Part shown: piece after piece, positions 47,882 to 58,916 of the stretch
Layout: every line of letters begins with the position of its first letter
How positions within the stretch are numbered: position 1 is the stretch's first letter
Source: Dudresnaya verticillata
Lineage: Eukaryota
DNA length: 64,000 nt
NCBI GenBank assembly: GCA_977862235.1
Contig: OZ374560.1
Location: 1,054,001 to 1,118,000, forward strand
Direction of reading: 5' to 3'
Position numbers and translations under genes: made by a program
Notes under the pieces: model-generated
Database searches by the model: none
Seen by the model: only the letters and a program-made list of their open reading frames with translations
What the model was told of the DNA's origin: nothing

Positions 47882-48200
47882 TACGTCAACGACGGGAACT
47901 TGAGCGTACGTCACTGACGATAAGGGACTTACCGCCCAGTGCAACAACGTCGTCGACGAGGGGAGAACACGCGCGCCTTGGACGAAGCTCGACAAACGTC
48001 AACGACGAAAGCTAATGACCCCGATACAACCACACACACCGCGGGCGCAGGATGGACTTGAACGCTAACACGCTGACAGCGGGACGACCGCTTGGGGCGC
48101 AGATGATTGATCACCAAACGGCAACGCCGAGAGAACGCAAGCGCGAAGGTTGAAGCAACGACCGTGTCGATGGATGTGTTCGCGTCTAAGCGGGGGTTCG

Positions 48201-49038
48201 TGTGGCGCACGGGGGACCGGGCTTTTATTTCCTCGCCGTGGGCGCTGATAACCTCGTCGACCGACGGACGGTCGCCTCTGAAACGGCTCATTCGCCGTTG
48301 GTGCGAACACGTCATCGACGATTGGCCTACGGACGCGCGGGCACCGCCACCCAGCGCAGCGCACGCCCGACGCACTGTACGGCGCAACGCTGCAGAGCGG
48401 ATCCGGATGATGCATCGAGATCAACGAGGTGTAAGGGAGTCGACTGTCAGATTGGCCCGGATCCCGATCGAATCCGGATCCGATATCCGGATCGGACATC
48501 GGGATCCTCTGTAAGGGAAAGGCGCCTGTAATACGTGTCAATCGCGATCCGAATCCGGATCGCTTACAGCAGCGTGCGGGTACGCCTCCGTGAGACACAC
48601 GCGCCCGCGCACAGCGGCTGCATGATCCCGGGACGTGTCAGACACACCTCCACGCGACACGCGTCCCGAGATCCCGCGCACTACGTCATGCAGCCGCTGC
48701 ACCGCGGCGCTCTAGTACTACTTAGGCACCTCGTCCAGGACGTAACAGTAAAGCCCCGCCAAGCCGGTTTGAGTCTGGACTTCCCCTCCGCGTCAGCGCG
48801 CACCCTACCGCTGCTCGGAAGCATAAGCGTCTACCCATCCGTGTTTCCACGTCTCAAATCGTTGTTAACGTGTTCCCTTTTGGGTTTCTTTGCCCCCTTC
48901 GTCCGCTCGCCCTGGGTGTTTACAGTCCACCCTAGGGGTGTTCTACCCGCTCTACCCCGTTCGCTACTAGCGGCTACCTACCGGGCTCCCGAACGGCCCG
49001 GAGGCGTTCTTCGTCTTGGATAAGACCTTTGCACGACA
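48201..49038 (+). repeat. 3' LTR
   Basis: TGTGGCGCAC...GCACGACA, preceded by the purine-rich AAGCGGGGG. Confidence 0.97.
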
Positions 49039-49303
49039 GTAAACACTCAGCGGCGTTGTTCGGGAAGTTTCCACCTTTTTGTCGCTCGGACGCTCCGCGC
49101 CTGCAGGGGTCGCCCAGTACAGGCCCGGACATCGTACGACAAGTACTCTACGAAACACCGGGTCGCAACCTCTATACCTTCCTTCAGTCGGTCGCGCCGA
49201 GTCTTTACCGTGCTTCCGCACCCCCCCTTTCGGGTCATCAGGGCCCGCCTTTTCCAAGCCTCTACCAATCCTCCCTCGAGCTACCACACATTAGCGTGTG
49301 ACA
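49039..49303 (+). mobile_element. Probable 3' part of another LTR, possibly pairing with 36144-36300
   Basis: Ends AGCGTGTGACA, an imperfect inverse of TGTCAGAGCT at 36144. No TSD. Confidence 0.35.
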
Positions 49304-49690
49304 TCGGACAGCTGTCTTTCCTTGTTCTTTGCTGTTTCTGGCCGCTGCCATACTGCTACACTCGGCGAGGGAGAAGCACGGCGGCGGCGGCGCGCAGCAA
49401 ATTGCGTGCGCGCAACTCTGTAAGACAGTCTTACAGTCATGGTGCCGCAGCTGGCGTAACGCGGCGCGTGTGGCACATCCCACTTGCCACATCATCGTAC
49501 TACACTCCCTCAGCGCATGCGCCCTGGAGCTGTCACTAGTTGGCAGTGCCGTGTCATTTACTTCAGCAGCGACGGTCGGCGGTGGCTGGCGGCGTTGGCA
49601 GTAACGGTCACGCGCATAACGCTGTCGTGTGCTGTCATGAGACTCGAACGGTCCACTTCTCCTCCTCGCTCCCTCTTCCACTACCGACTA

Positions 49691-50728
49691 TTATCTCCGG
49701 CCACCCTCCCACATGTTCCGGCCCCCGGTATTTCCACGCTTCTCGAAGACGCACAACGGCCGCTCGGGGAGCGCGCGCAGTTGCAGCCCGCGCGCGCGCA
49801 GCGCGTCGTAGAGGATCTGCTCTTGCGCGAGCACGCTGTGGTCGAACGGCTTCCGGAACGCCCCGCGCGGGCGCGGGCTGACGTTGGTCTGGTGGAGCTC
49901 GGGCGCCAGTGCGCGCGCGACGGGGCCCGGCGCAGGGTCTGCAGCATTTGGCGTGGTAAAGAGGTCGACCACCTCGTCGTAGCGCGCCGCGATCACGGGC
50001 GCGCGCGCTGCGGCCGTGGCGGAGCCCTTGCAATGTGCGCTGCGGCCGTCGTAGTAGCGCAGCAGTGCGCAGCGCGGCATGGACTGCATGAATTGCGCGT
50101 ATGGCAGCGTGTGCGACAGCCCGAAGTGCGACGCGTTGAGCGCGCGGTTGTACAGAAACGCGCTCTCCCACCGCGGGACCGGCGCGCGGATCGTGGTGAC
50201 GGCGTAGTAGCCGCGCCGGCGCAGGCACTCGATCAGGCCCGGGCGCCCGCTCAGGTGGTGGATCAGGTTGGTCGGCGGCGCCTCGCGCCGGCAGATGCGC
50301 TGCGCCAGCGCTAGGCAGCTCGCGCGCTCGCAAAACGTCCACGACGCGCCGGCCGCGTGCAGCGCGCGCTGGAGCGCGGCCATCACCGCCGCCGACCCCG
50401 TCTTCGCCGGCTTGTCGTACACGATGTAGCGCGCACACGCACCCGCCTGGACAGACCAGCCCGCCGAGCCGATCGGCGCGTCGCCGCGTGCGGGGATGCA
50501 AGGCGCGCGGCGGAGGCAGCGGTCCGACGACGGCGGCGCGCGCGACGGCCGCCGCCGATGCGTCGACTGCAGCCTGCGCAGATGCGCGTGCGTCTGCAGC
50601 ATGAAGGCCGCGGCGAGCGCGGCCAGCAGGGCTGCGGAGAGGGCGCGATGCGGCGGGCGGCGCGATGTGACGACGGCGGCGGCGGCGGCCGGGGTTGGGG
50701 CGGCGAGGGCGGCGAGGGCGGCGGGCAT
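49691..50728 (-). CDS. Golgi-type (type II membrane) carbohydrate sulfotransferase-like protein
   Basis: N-terminal hydrophobic anchor ALSAALLAALAAAFML, a 5'-PSB-like YDKPAKTGS and a 3'-PB-like TTIRAPVPRWESAFLY. First in-frame ATG at 50728. Very GC-rich and intronless. Confidence 0.75.
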   Translation of the reverse strand: MPAALAALAAPTPAAAAAVVTSRRPPHRALSAALLAALAAAFMLQTHAHLRRLQSTHRRRPSRAPPSSDRCLRRAPCIPARGDAPIGSAGWSVQAGACARYIVYDKPAKTGSAAVMAALQRALHAAGASWTFCERASCLALAQRICRREAPPTNLIHHLSGRPGLIECLRRRGYYAVTTIRAPVPRWESAFLYNRALNASHFGLSHTLPYAQFMQSMPRCALLRYYDGRSAHCKGSATAAARAPVIAARYDEVVDLFTTPNAADPAPGPVARALAPELHQTNVSPRPRGAFRKPFDHSVLAQEQILYDALRARGLQLRALPERPLCVFEKRGNTGGRNMWEGGRR

Positions 50729-50943
50729 GGTGGGTGGGTGTTCGGCTGCGAGAGTGGTGGGCGCGGCGGCGGCGGGCGGCGGCAGCGGCGGCTGAGCATC
50801 GTGGAGGTGCGGGGCAGTGCGGTCGGCATGCACGCAACAGGCAGAGGTTTGGGTCTCTCGATGTCAAGGAGGGCAAGTGGGCTCGCGCGGTGATGGTTAA
50901 TCCTTTCCCGCGGGAGGCGGGGCCTGCAACAGTGACCATGCGC

Positions 50944-50980
50944 CTCAGCGAAATGACTTTGCAGGTAGTGAGATAAAGAA
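50944..50980. repeat. Copy of the MULE left terminus (10207-10243), possibly the end of a short non-autonomous element
   Basis: CTCAGCGAAATGACTTTGCAGGTaGTGAGATAAAGAA, 36/37 identical. Confidence 0.8.
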
Positions 50981-51468
50981 GGGTATCTGCGCGTGTGGAG
51001 GCTGTATAAAATTCCTTGCCGTTGTTGTTGGCTGCGAAATGTGTGAAAGTCTTTCTCACGTTGAGCAAAGCGATAAAAGACCGTCTTTAATCTCAAGGCC
51101 ATCATTGGATAATCACCTCGACCCAATGGATCTCTCCGGCGCAGGCAATTGCCACCGCGTGGTCCAACAAAAAACCGCACTGCAAATCGCACATCGCCTG
51201 ACACCCGCCGCCGCTTTCAAGCTCGTCGCCGGGTAGAACCGCAGTGCTTGGGACACGGCCGAGTCACCAGCATATCCCTGGCCACCTTTCCGCAACGTCA
51301 CCTCCTCTCCTGCTGCGCAGCCGCCGCAGGCCGTCAAAGACGCAGAACAGCCTCGCGAAGAAGCACCCCTCGCGACTCTTTTGCCTGGAGCAAAACCGCT
51401 CAACAGCGTAGGCCGAAAAGCCAATGCAGACCCGAAGTTCCGGAAGTCCCGTCTCCGCGCAGACGCTC

Positions 51469-52917
51469 TCAATCGCCCTTCTCTCCGAGGGCGGGCCCCC
51501 CAACGGCTTTCTTCTTTCCAAAAGCATATTGGATGAGCCTGCGCCTTACTCTAAGCCCCACCTCTTCGACTAAACAAAACGGCACCGCAACCACCAGCGA
51601 CGCCAAGTACCATTTCACACCGACGACATTGAGTGCCCAAGTTCGAAACTCCTCCCTGCTCAGCCTGGGCCATCCAAGCGCAATAAGTCGTGCCGCGAAC
51701 GGGTGAGTCAGGTACACAGCGTACGACATCCTCGCCAGCGCGACCCACACACGGTTCCCAAGCAAAGAGCCTACTATCCCCGCCGCACCGCCCAAAGACG
51801 CCTCGTCCTTACGCACCTCGCAGACAAGCATGGCCACCACCCCCAATGCTCCTGCCGCCGAGAGTCGTCCAAAACCCTCGTACAGCGCAAATGCCGGACT
51901 GACCTCCTGCTCCCCGTAGAATACCCACATGCAACGGTACACTCCTGCCCAAACTGCCACAGCCCCCACCAGCGACGCCAAGGGGCGTCTGCGTATGGCA
52001 TAGTACAACGCCCCGGGCTCCCGCAACGCGAGCCACGTCGCCGCGCCAACACACACGACACTGCCGCGATAAACGGTTGCTGTATCCCAGGGCGTGTACT
52101 TCAGCATGCGCCGCCGCCGCTCCACCAACCCGGGCTCACCCACGTCGAACCGCCCGGCCGGTAAGCCGAGGAACTGCTCCACGTACGGCACAGATGCGTT
52201 CGTCTCGATGTAGTCCACCATTGCCGAGACGGCACGTCGCGGCGCTCCCGCCCGGTGCCATGTCGTCGCCTTTGCTGCGCCTGATGCGCAGGCTAAGAGC
52301 AGAAGCGCATGCTGCATCGCTTGCCAGGTTGGTACTAGAGTCGCCAGCAGCGCGACCGCGATGTGCATCTGGAAGTCCACCTGCATCGACCATCCCATGC
52401 CTAGACAACTATCCGCGTGGCTGATCCGATCACCCCAGCGCTGCGCGAGATTGTTCATGAAAAGCACCTCAGCCCACCGGATGCAGCCTTCGTGGCCTGT
52501 CAACGCTAGCACCGCAGCCGATAGGAGGTAAGTCGGTGCCAGGCGGAGCCAACGTGATAAAACGTACTGAACGAGCCCGGAAGGGCGCAGTCGAGCGCAA
52601 CGGAGCTCAGGGCTTGCTCTATCGTCCCCACACTGTCTGGTCAGCGAAGCCATCAAGAAAAAGCCAGACAGGAAGAAGAAGATGTCGACTGCGATGTATA
52701 CACCAAAACGCGTCGCTGCATACCACACTTGAGACATAGCGCTGGCAGACTTGTCAAGCTCTGAAGGCAACGCCGGATAGTCGAGGACGAAGCTGGTGAA
52801 CAAGTAGGTGTGCCCAGCTACCATTAAATAGTTGAAGAGTGTGCGTAGCCCCTGCAGTGGTGCGGTCGATGGTGTCGCCTCGCCTATCAGGGCATGCGAT
52901 AGAAAGGATCGCCCCAT
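51469..52917 (-). CDS. Acyltransferase family 3 (OafA/NRF-6-like) multi-pass membrane protein
   Basis: LQGLRTLFNYLMVAGH, AVDIFFFLSGFF, RWLRLAPTY, WSMQVDFQ, LARMSYAVYLTHP and many TM-like segments. First ATG at 52917. Confidence 0.9.
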   Translation of the reverse strand: MGRSFLSHALIGEATPSTAPLQGLRTLFNYLMVAGHTYLFTSFVLDYPALPSELDKSASAMSQVWYAATRFGVYIAVDIFFFLSGFFLMASLTRQCGDDRASPELRCARLRPSGLVQYVLSRWLRLAPTYLLSAAVLALTGHEGCIRWAEVLFMNNLAQRWGDRISHADSCLGMGWSMQVDFQMHIAVALLATLVPTWQAMQHALLLLACASGAAKATTWHRAGAPRRAVSAMVDYIETNASVPYVEQFLGLPAGRFDVGEPGLVERRRRMLKYTPWDTATVYRGSVVCVGAATWLALREPGALYYAIRRRPLASLVGAVAVWAGVYRCMWVFYGEQEVSPAFALYEGFGRLSAAGALGVVAMLVCEVRKDEASLGGAAGIVGSLLGNRVWVALARMSYAVYLTHPFAARLIALGWPRLSREEFRTWALNVVGVKWYLASLVVAVPFCLVEEVGLRVRRRLIQYAFGKKKAVGGPALGEKGD

Positions 52918-54617
52918 CTTTCTCGGTGCGGACAAGATCGATTGGAGTGGCAGCGTATCGAAGGGCAAACGGCAGCTCCGGAAAGGGTGACGTTGGGCGG
53001 CGCGGCACTGCGCGAGGCGGCGCTTGGAGGTGCGGTGCGGGCGGGAGGGAGCTGGGATGGACCCACTACCCACATGACCAAGCACCACACAACAGACGCA
53101 AACGAACAAAAACGGGACGGATACGGTTCACTGCAGCGCGCGCGTCCTGTCGCCAGTTGTGACAGCAGTACTGCAATGCCGCTGGTATCTTCAAAGCGAG
53201 AAGTAAGAGTTGTCGGTCTGGCCCGATGGGCGCGACAGTGGGCCGAGGATCATATGGGGCACGAGGCGAAGCCGACGAGGCGAAGCCGAGTGGTCCTTAT
53301 GCTCTCGCGGCCGCGCGCGCTCACGTGCGCGCGCGGCGAGCGGCGCGCGGCGGTTGCACGACGGAGTTGGCGCGCTCCGCGTCGCGTCATGGCAAAGCGC
53401 GCGCGCATGGCTGGCGGTCGGAATGGCACGGCGTGCAAGGGCGCGGGAAACGCGCTGCGCGTCGAACGCGGAGCGTGTTTTCGGCTCAAGTTGGCGGCGG
53501 GAAGGCGCCAGGCGGGACGGGGACGGGCTGTGTGTGTGTCTGTGGGTGGGTGGATGCGTGTGCACAGTGTGGACCGACTGCTGGCGCGGCATGACAGCGC
53601 GTTCGCAGGGTGCAGGAGGCGTGTGTGGGCGTGAGAGACGGAACGGAGAGACTCACTCGGCGTCGCGCGCCGCGCGGCGATCGCCGGAAAGCCGTCGCAC
53701 GCACGCAAACACACGCACACCCTCACGCCCCCGTCCCCGCGCGCGGCGCTCGCGCGAGGACGCGGCGCGCGGCGTTTGTTGCGTGCTGCGCAGGCGCACT
53801 CGCGCGCGATCGAGCGATTTCAAGCGACGAGCTGCAGAGCGGCGTGCGCTGTGGAGCGGGGCGTTGGGACGTGTGAGACGTGGCGCGGGGAAGGCGTCGT
53901 AGTTTCTTTTTGATCATTACAATCGTTCGCTTTAAAAATCAGCTGCCCCTCCTATTTCGTATGAGCGTCAAAATGTTCCCTCTCCACCGCCTCTACCGCC
54001 TTGCAGACGCTACTGGCCTCATTCTGCTTTACGACGGTCAACGGTTAACAACGGCCTACGACGGTGTACTGCCGGTGACCCGATGCCACCAAGACTTTGT
54101 CTGGTACGCTACGACATACAAACAATCCCTGTATATGTTTCGCTCTAGTGGTACGAAATTCTCCATCGCGGACACTCTCTTGAGCACAGTCCTTCACAAA
54201 CGGATATCTTCTACTTTCCACTACCTGCAGAAACATCACGCCGCGAGAGCGTTTGAAACTCCTATTTGCCCACCTACACAGTACCTCTAATCTGAAAGCT
54301 AAAACGCCCTCCTTTCGAGTCGTGTCACCAAACGTCTTGGGGGTTGATCACCGCCATTGGTATACTGATTTTAACACCTTCTGCAATATTCTAATCACGT
54401 TCTAAACATTTTCCCCATTCTCAATGCTGGGACCAGAGCGCCGCTGGTATAAGCCCGCAGTCCGTCCGAAACAACTATTTCCTTACCTTCAGGGAACGAG
54501 TGTGTTTATCACAGGCTGTCGAACCACACACACCCATCACACACACTCATCAACGCTTGTTTCCTCCCATCGCCTTCAGTTCACGATAGCACATAAATAG
54601 CCAAAGTTCCCGACCTC

Positions 54618-55828
54618 TTAAAAGTCACAGTTTAAAGTACTACACGGCGTTTCCACATCTTCATGATCCTCACAGCCGCCGTGCACATGTCCCAAACAAT
54701 CATTGGGCTGCGTCTCACACTGCGGTAACGATCCATCCGTACGTTGCCGAACCACTATTCTCCGATCATTTTGTGGCAGTAGAGTGCAATCACGATCCAC
54801 AACCAGTCGCCCTTGCTTATTCCACCCCGTGCAGTAACGAACCTTAATTGAAAAGCTTGCCAATTTCACACCAGCCCCGCTCTGCGCAACGTCACTCCAG
54901 CTGTCGGAATCGGCAATGCCCCACACATCTTGCACCGTGTTCAATACCTGCGCCACATAGCTTTTGAACATCAACTTCTCGAAGCAAGGCTTCAAACTAC
55001 CTTTTCTACCCCTCAGAAGAAGATCCTGTTCAAAGTTGATACCCGCCTTGATATAAATCAGCTGCTCGGATTCTGGATACAAATACCGCCACTTGCACCA
55101 CCACGATTTCGTGATCCAAGTCCAAGCCCCATTCTCCACCTTGGATGTAACGCACTTGTTTGCGGTATGGTCCGTATAGTGTACAAGCTGCAAATTGGCG
55201 TTTTCTACCAACTCCAACAGCGTATTTGCCGCACCTGTCAATCGGAATCTTTGTCGAATTGGCATAAACCAACCCTTCAATTCTTCATACCTGCATTGAG
55301 GTCCCGTCGCGTCACAAATCCGTTTCGTCAACTGCACCACATTCGAGAAAAAGCAGTCCCCATGGGCGAGATTAAATCCACGTACAGCCCATTCAGGCCC
55401 ACAAGTCCAGGGCTCACCCGGGAGACGGGCGCCATTGGCATGTCCCCCTCGAAGCTTCGCTCATCACAGAAGCAGAGATAACGATGCCTAGTAACATGAC
55501 AGCCAGCATGTTCCATGCACTTTGCGTGTACGATTTGGTTCAGCGCTCCGCCATCAGCATCTCGAAGAATTCGCAAGTAATGTGCTTGATGCTTTTCGCG
55601 AACTGCTTCATCCCAACCGCGGGAGTATTCATCACGCTGGTTCTTAACAACAAAGAGCTTGAAACTGAGACCCATTGTCATTCCAAAAAGCATAACAGTA
55701 GTCACAAGCAGTAAGTGGACGGCTCCTGCAGAACTAGTGTTGTTCTTGAATGGGTTTTTGCTGGGTGCTGAAGCCAAATCAAGGGCCTCCTCATCAGACA
55801 CCATGTCGTATCGGTGTTCTGAAGACAT
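54618..55828 (-). CDS. Unknown type II membrane protein with a Cys-rich ectodomain; one apparent frameshift
   Basis: ORF 55328-55828 (cytoplasmic tail plus TM) and ORF 54618-55340 fuse into ~403 aa if one G is added to the G5 run at 55444-55448. Confidence 0.6.
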
Positions 55829-56310
55829 CTTAGAAGCACTTTGGGCGGTGTTGAAGTTGATGGATCGCTGGGTAAAGCGGAGAAGGATAAATGGTTAACA
55901 CTACTCTAAGAGGGAAGCCCTGCCCTGCCCCCCCCTTATAGCAGAAAGGGAAACCCCAATGTAGTCTTGCAGAAATGCCCCTTCTAGAAACTGAAGAAAA
56001 CAAGTAGTCCTCTAACGAAACAAGCCGCGCAGACTGCAGGTCTGCGTTATGATAACAAGAAAGATCTTATTACCCAGGAATCCGCCACCGTTCTTTGAAG
56101 CTCATTTCAGCCGACATCTCAATTCAATAGAGAAATTACGCAACAACGAAACTCGTTATTTCTCGAATGTGACGCAGAAGCGGTGGGCAGATACTGCGTC
56201 GCGAAATGTGATTGTAAAAGGACTTTACGCAAATCGGAAATTATGTCTACAGCACTACTGCTCGTCCTTCCCGGACCAGACCTCAGACCTCGGACACACA
56301 TCCCTGCACC

Positions 56311-57420
56311 ATGGCGACATGCCACATGCGCCAAGCCGACTACGCGATCGGGAAGGCAAGGAGCCGTGTCAGGCGCTGCGAGGCCATACTGCGCTTTTCT
56401 ATGCAGAGCCCAGCCGTCGCCCTTCAACTACGCTGTGTCCGACGCTTGCGGTACGCACGCAGCGACGCCATCCTTATCCAACGTCACTCCCTGTCCATAA
56501 CCATCCACAAGTTCAACCTTAACGCATTTGGCGACGAAGCGTGCTTGCGGAGCTTCCGGTTCAAGCAGGAGGAGCTTCCGCAGATAGTAGAGCTCTGTAC
56601 GTGGAAACGCAGAATAATAAAACGAGCTCGCTACGCCTGCTCACCGATGACTGCAGCTTATGTTATACTTCGCCGTCTAGTGTCACCCAGCCGATGGTGT
56701 GACTTGGAGCATATGTTTTGCATGAGAGCCTCGGCGCTCTCTGGGGTTTTTTGGGAGATTCTCGAGTCGCTGTACGGCGCACATAACAGCCTTGTAACTA
56801 CCTTTAGATGTGCTTTGATGGCGCAGAGGGCACAGGAATATGGACAAGCGGTATCTGATGAAGGAGCCCCTCTCTACTCGTGCGTCGCGTTTATAGACTG
56901 CACCAAGATACAGATGGCACGACCTGGGGGAATGGGATTCTACAAAAGAGCGCGTACTCCGGTCATAAGCGCTTCCACTGCCTTATCTACCAGACCATAA
57001 CAACCCCCAATGGGCTTATATTTCACGTTTATGGACCCGAGGAAGGCCGAAGGCATGACAGCACATTATATAGGAAGTCTGTAATGGATAGTCTGCTACG
57101 AGATGCGCTATTTATTCACGGAAGGCAGTACTGTCTCTATGGAGATCCGGCGCATGTCCTCCGTCCCTGGCTCCAGGTAGGCTTTCCGTTCCAAAACGCT
57201 TCGTATGAGCAGCTGTTGTACAACAAGAGAAAGAACAGCGTGAGGGAGACGATGGAGTGGAGATATAAGGAAGTAAATCAGTCGTGAACATCCCAAGACT
57301 ACTGACGCAATCTTAAAGTCCGTCAAGCTCCCATTGCGGTGTATTACATATGTTCGATCATGCTGAGAAATGTGAAGACATGTATGGGCCATGGCGGCCA
57401 AGTTTGCAGTCGGTTAGGAA
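56311..57420 (+). pseudogene. Harbinger (DDE_Tnp_4) transposase, disrupted
   Basis: SFRF, LRRL..P.RW.DL, AFIDCT, YSGHKRFH, GRRHDS, LYGDPAH and R...EW. Frameshift at ~56930 and stops at 57285 and ~57304. Confidence 0.9.
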
Positions 57421-57809
57421 TGGCACTGTGGCTGACAGTAGCCACAGGCACGCCGTCGCTCAGTAGTTACTTATCGGTGAACTGAATGGTTTCTTTAGTT
57501 GCACAGTAAAACATTTGAGTCCACACACAATTGGCGTGCATGTTGCTACCACTGTGCGCGTCGCGCCTTCCAAGTGTTTGGGTATGCGTGCGTCCACCCG
57601 TTGGTGGGTATCGGAAGCTCACGTAGACCCTGTCACCGTGGTCGTATGAAGAGACACGCCAAAGCGAGTGACGAGGGCTATCGCCCATGATTGTCGTATA
57701 CGACATTACCCTAGTTTGCGCGCAAGCGCAGCAAGAAGTTCAATTGTCATCTTACGCTCCTGAAGTTACGCAGCTCGATCCTCCGCATCTTTTTCACAGC
57801 GCGCTTCTT

Positions 57810-58600
57810 CTAGCTTGACACGCCTCTCATCAATATTGTGATACGGCGTAACGCTGCTTCGTCCTTTTGTGCGTCACGAAGAGCCTGTCGCTCATCTCGA
57901 TTGACTTCCATGTCCACGCGCTTTTGTTCCAGTTCTATACGGGCAGCCTCCGCAGCCTTTCGGGCATCTGATTCCTCTTTGATCAGTGCCATGTCGTCGA
58001 GTGCCCACGTGTCGACGCGGCGCTTTTTTGGTGTATCCTCGCCCTCACTCGTTGCAGCGGAACTCTTGGCCCGCCTTCCCTGCCTTTTCATGGCCAAGTC
58101 TCGGATCTGATTCCCTGTGCTTAACAGTTGTTGAGCTTTCTCTGCCTTCTCTCCCTTTGCCAGTGTGGTGCGTGTCCCTTTCAGCTTTCTCATCGACCTG
58201 ATGGATGAGGTCGTCCAGTATTATTTCGCGCTCCTCGAGAATTTCGGTGATACCGGACGCTCGCTCGTTGATCTTGTTGGCCGCCCGACACAGGTACACA
58301 TCTTCTTGAAACGGTCGGCAAGAAACATAGCCGAGGGCATTGGCTGTGTGCCACCCGCTTGTGCAACGAATTCCGTCGAATTGATAAACATCGCTCGGAC
58401 ATCTTCGTAAAGTTTGCTGCTCTCACCCCAAGCAGCGATGTCGGCACCAGCGGTGTTTATTGCCCGCAGCATCACCGTGTTCATGACTCTGGTGAAGCGG
58501 AATTGCTTCGTACCAGTCGCCGAAGCTACTTTGAACGGCGCTGACACGGGGTCGACGAGGTGGAGAGCGTCCAGCCCGGGAGGGACAGCGGAGGACCCAG
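57810..58600 (-). pseudogene. Harbinger accessory Myb/SANT-like protein, frameshifted
   Basis: FRFT..MLRAI..WGE..DRFKKM, then ASGITEILEEREIILDDLI and a charged coiled-coil tail. Convergent with the transposase and inside the TIRs. Confidence 0.72.
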
Positions 58601-58916
58601 GCGTTGATGCAGTGGGCTGCGGCCCGCGGCCATCTTCTTCTCGCTCCTCAATTTACATTTCGGTGGCTGGAGTCTTGATGCTTGGCGTTGGTTGAGGCGG
58701 GTTTGTCGCTGCGGTCCAAGCCCTCAACACCTCCAAGTCTGCCTCGACGCAGATCTCGACGCCCCCCTCTCATGCTAGAAAATATTGCATTCGTTATATC
58801 CGCGGAATAGCACATATTTCAGAAGGCACCAGACGCAAATCTCGTTATTCGAGGACAGCTGTTCTGAACCCTCGCCAGCCTTGATTGATTTATCGAGTTT
58901 CGTTATTGCGTAATAT

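Larger units (their letters stand above)
36301..49038 (+). mobile_element. Near-intact chromovirus-type Ty3/Gypsy LTR retrotransposon (12.7 kb) with an extra antisense ORF
   Basis: Two 838-bp TG..CA LTRs, PBS, gag, an uninterrupted pol with chromodomain, and an antisense ORF before the 3' LTR. Confidence 0.97.

Noticed and set aside
49484..51204. Several long Arg/Ala/Pro-rich ORFs overlapping the sulfotransferase
   Set aside because: Alternative frames of very GC-rich coding DNA that lacks stop codons.
52942..53917. ORFs in the GC-rich region upstream of the acyltransferase
   Set aside because: Low-complexity translations with GT/CA microsatellite-like tracts; more likely promoter or UTR.
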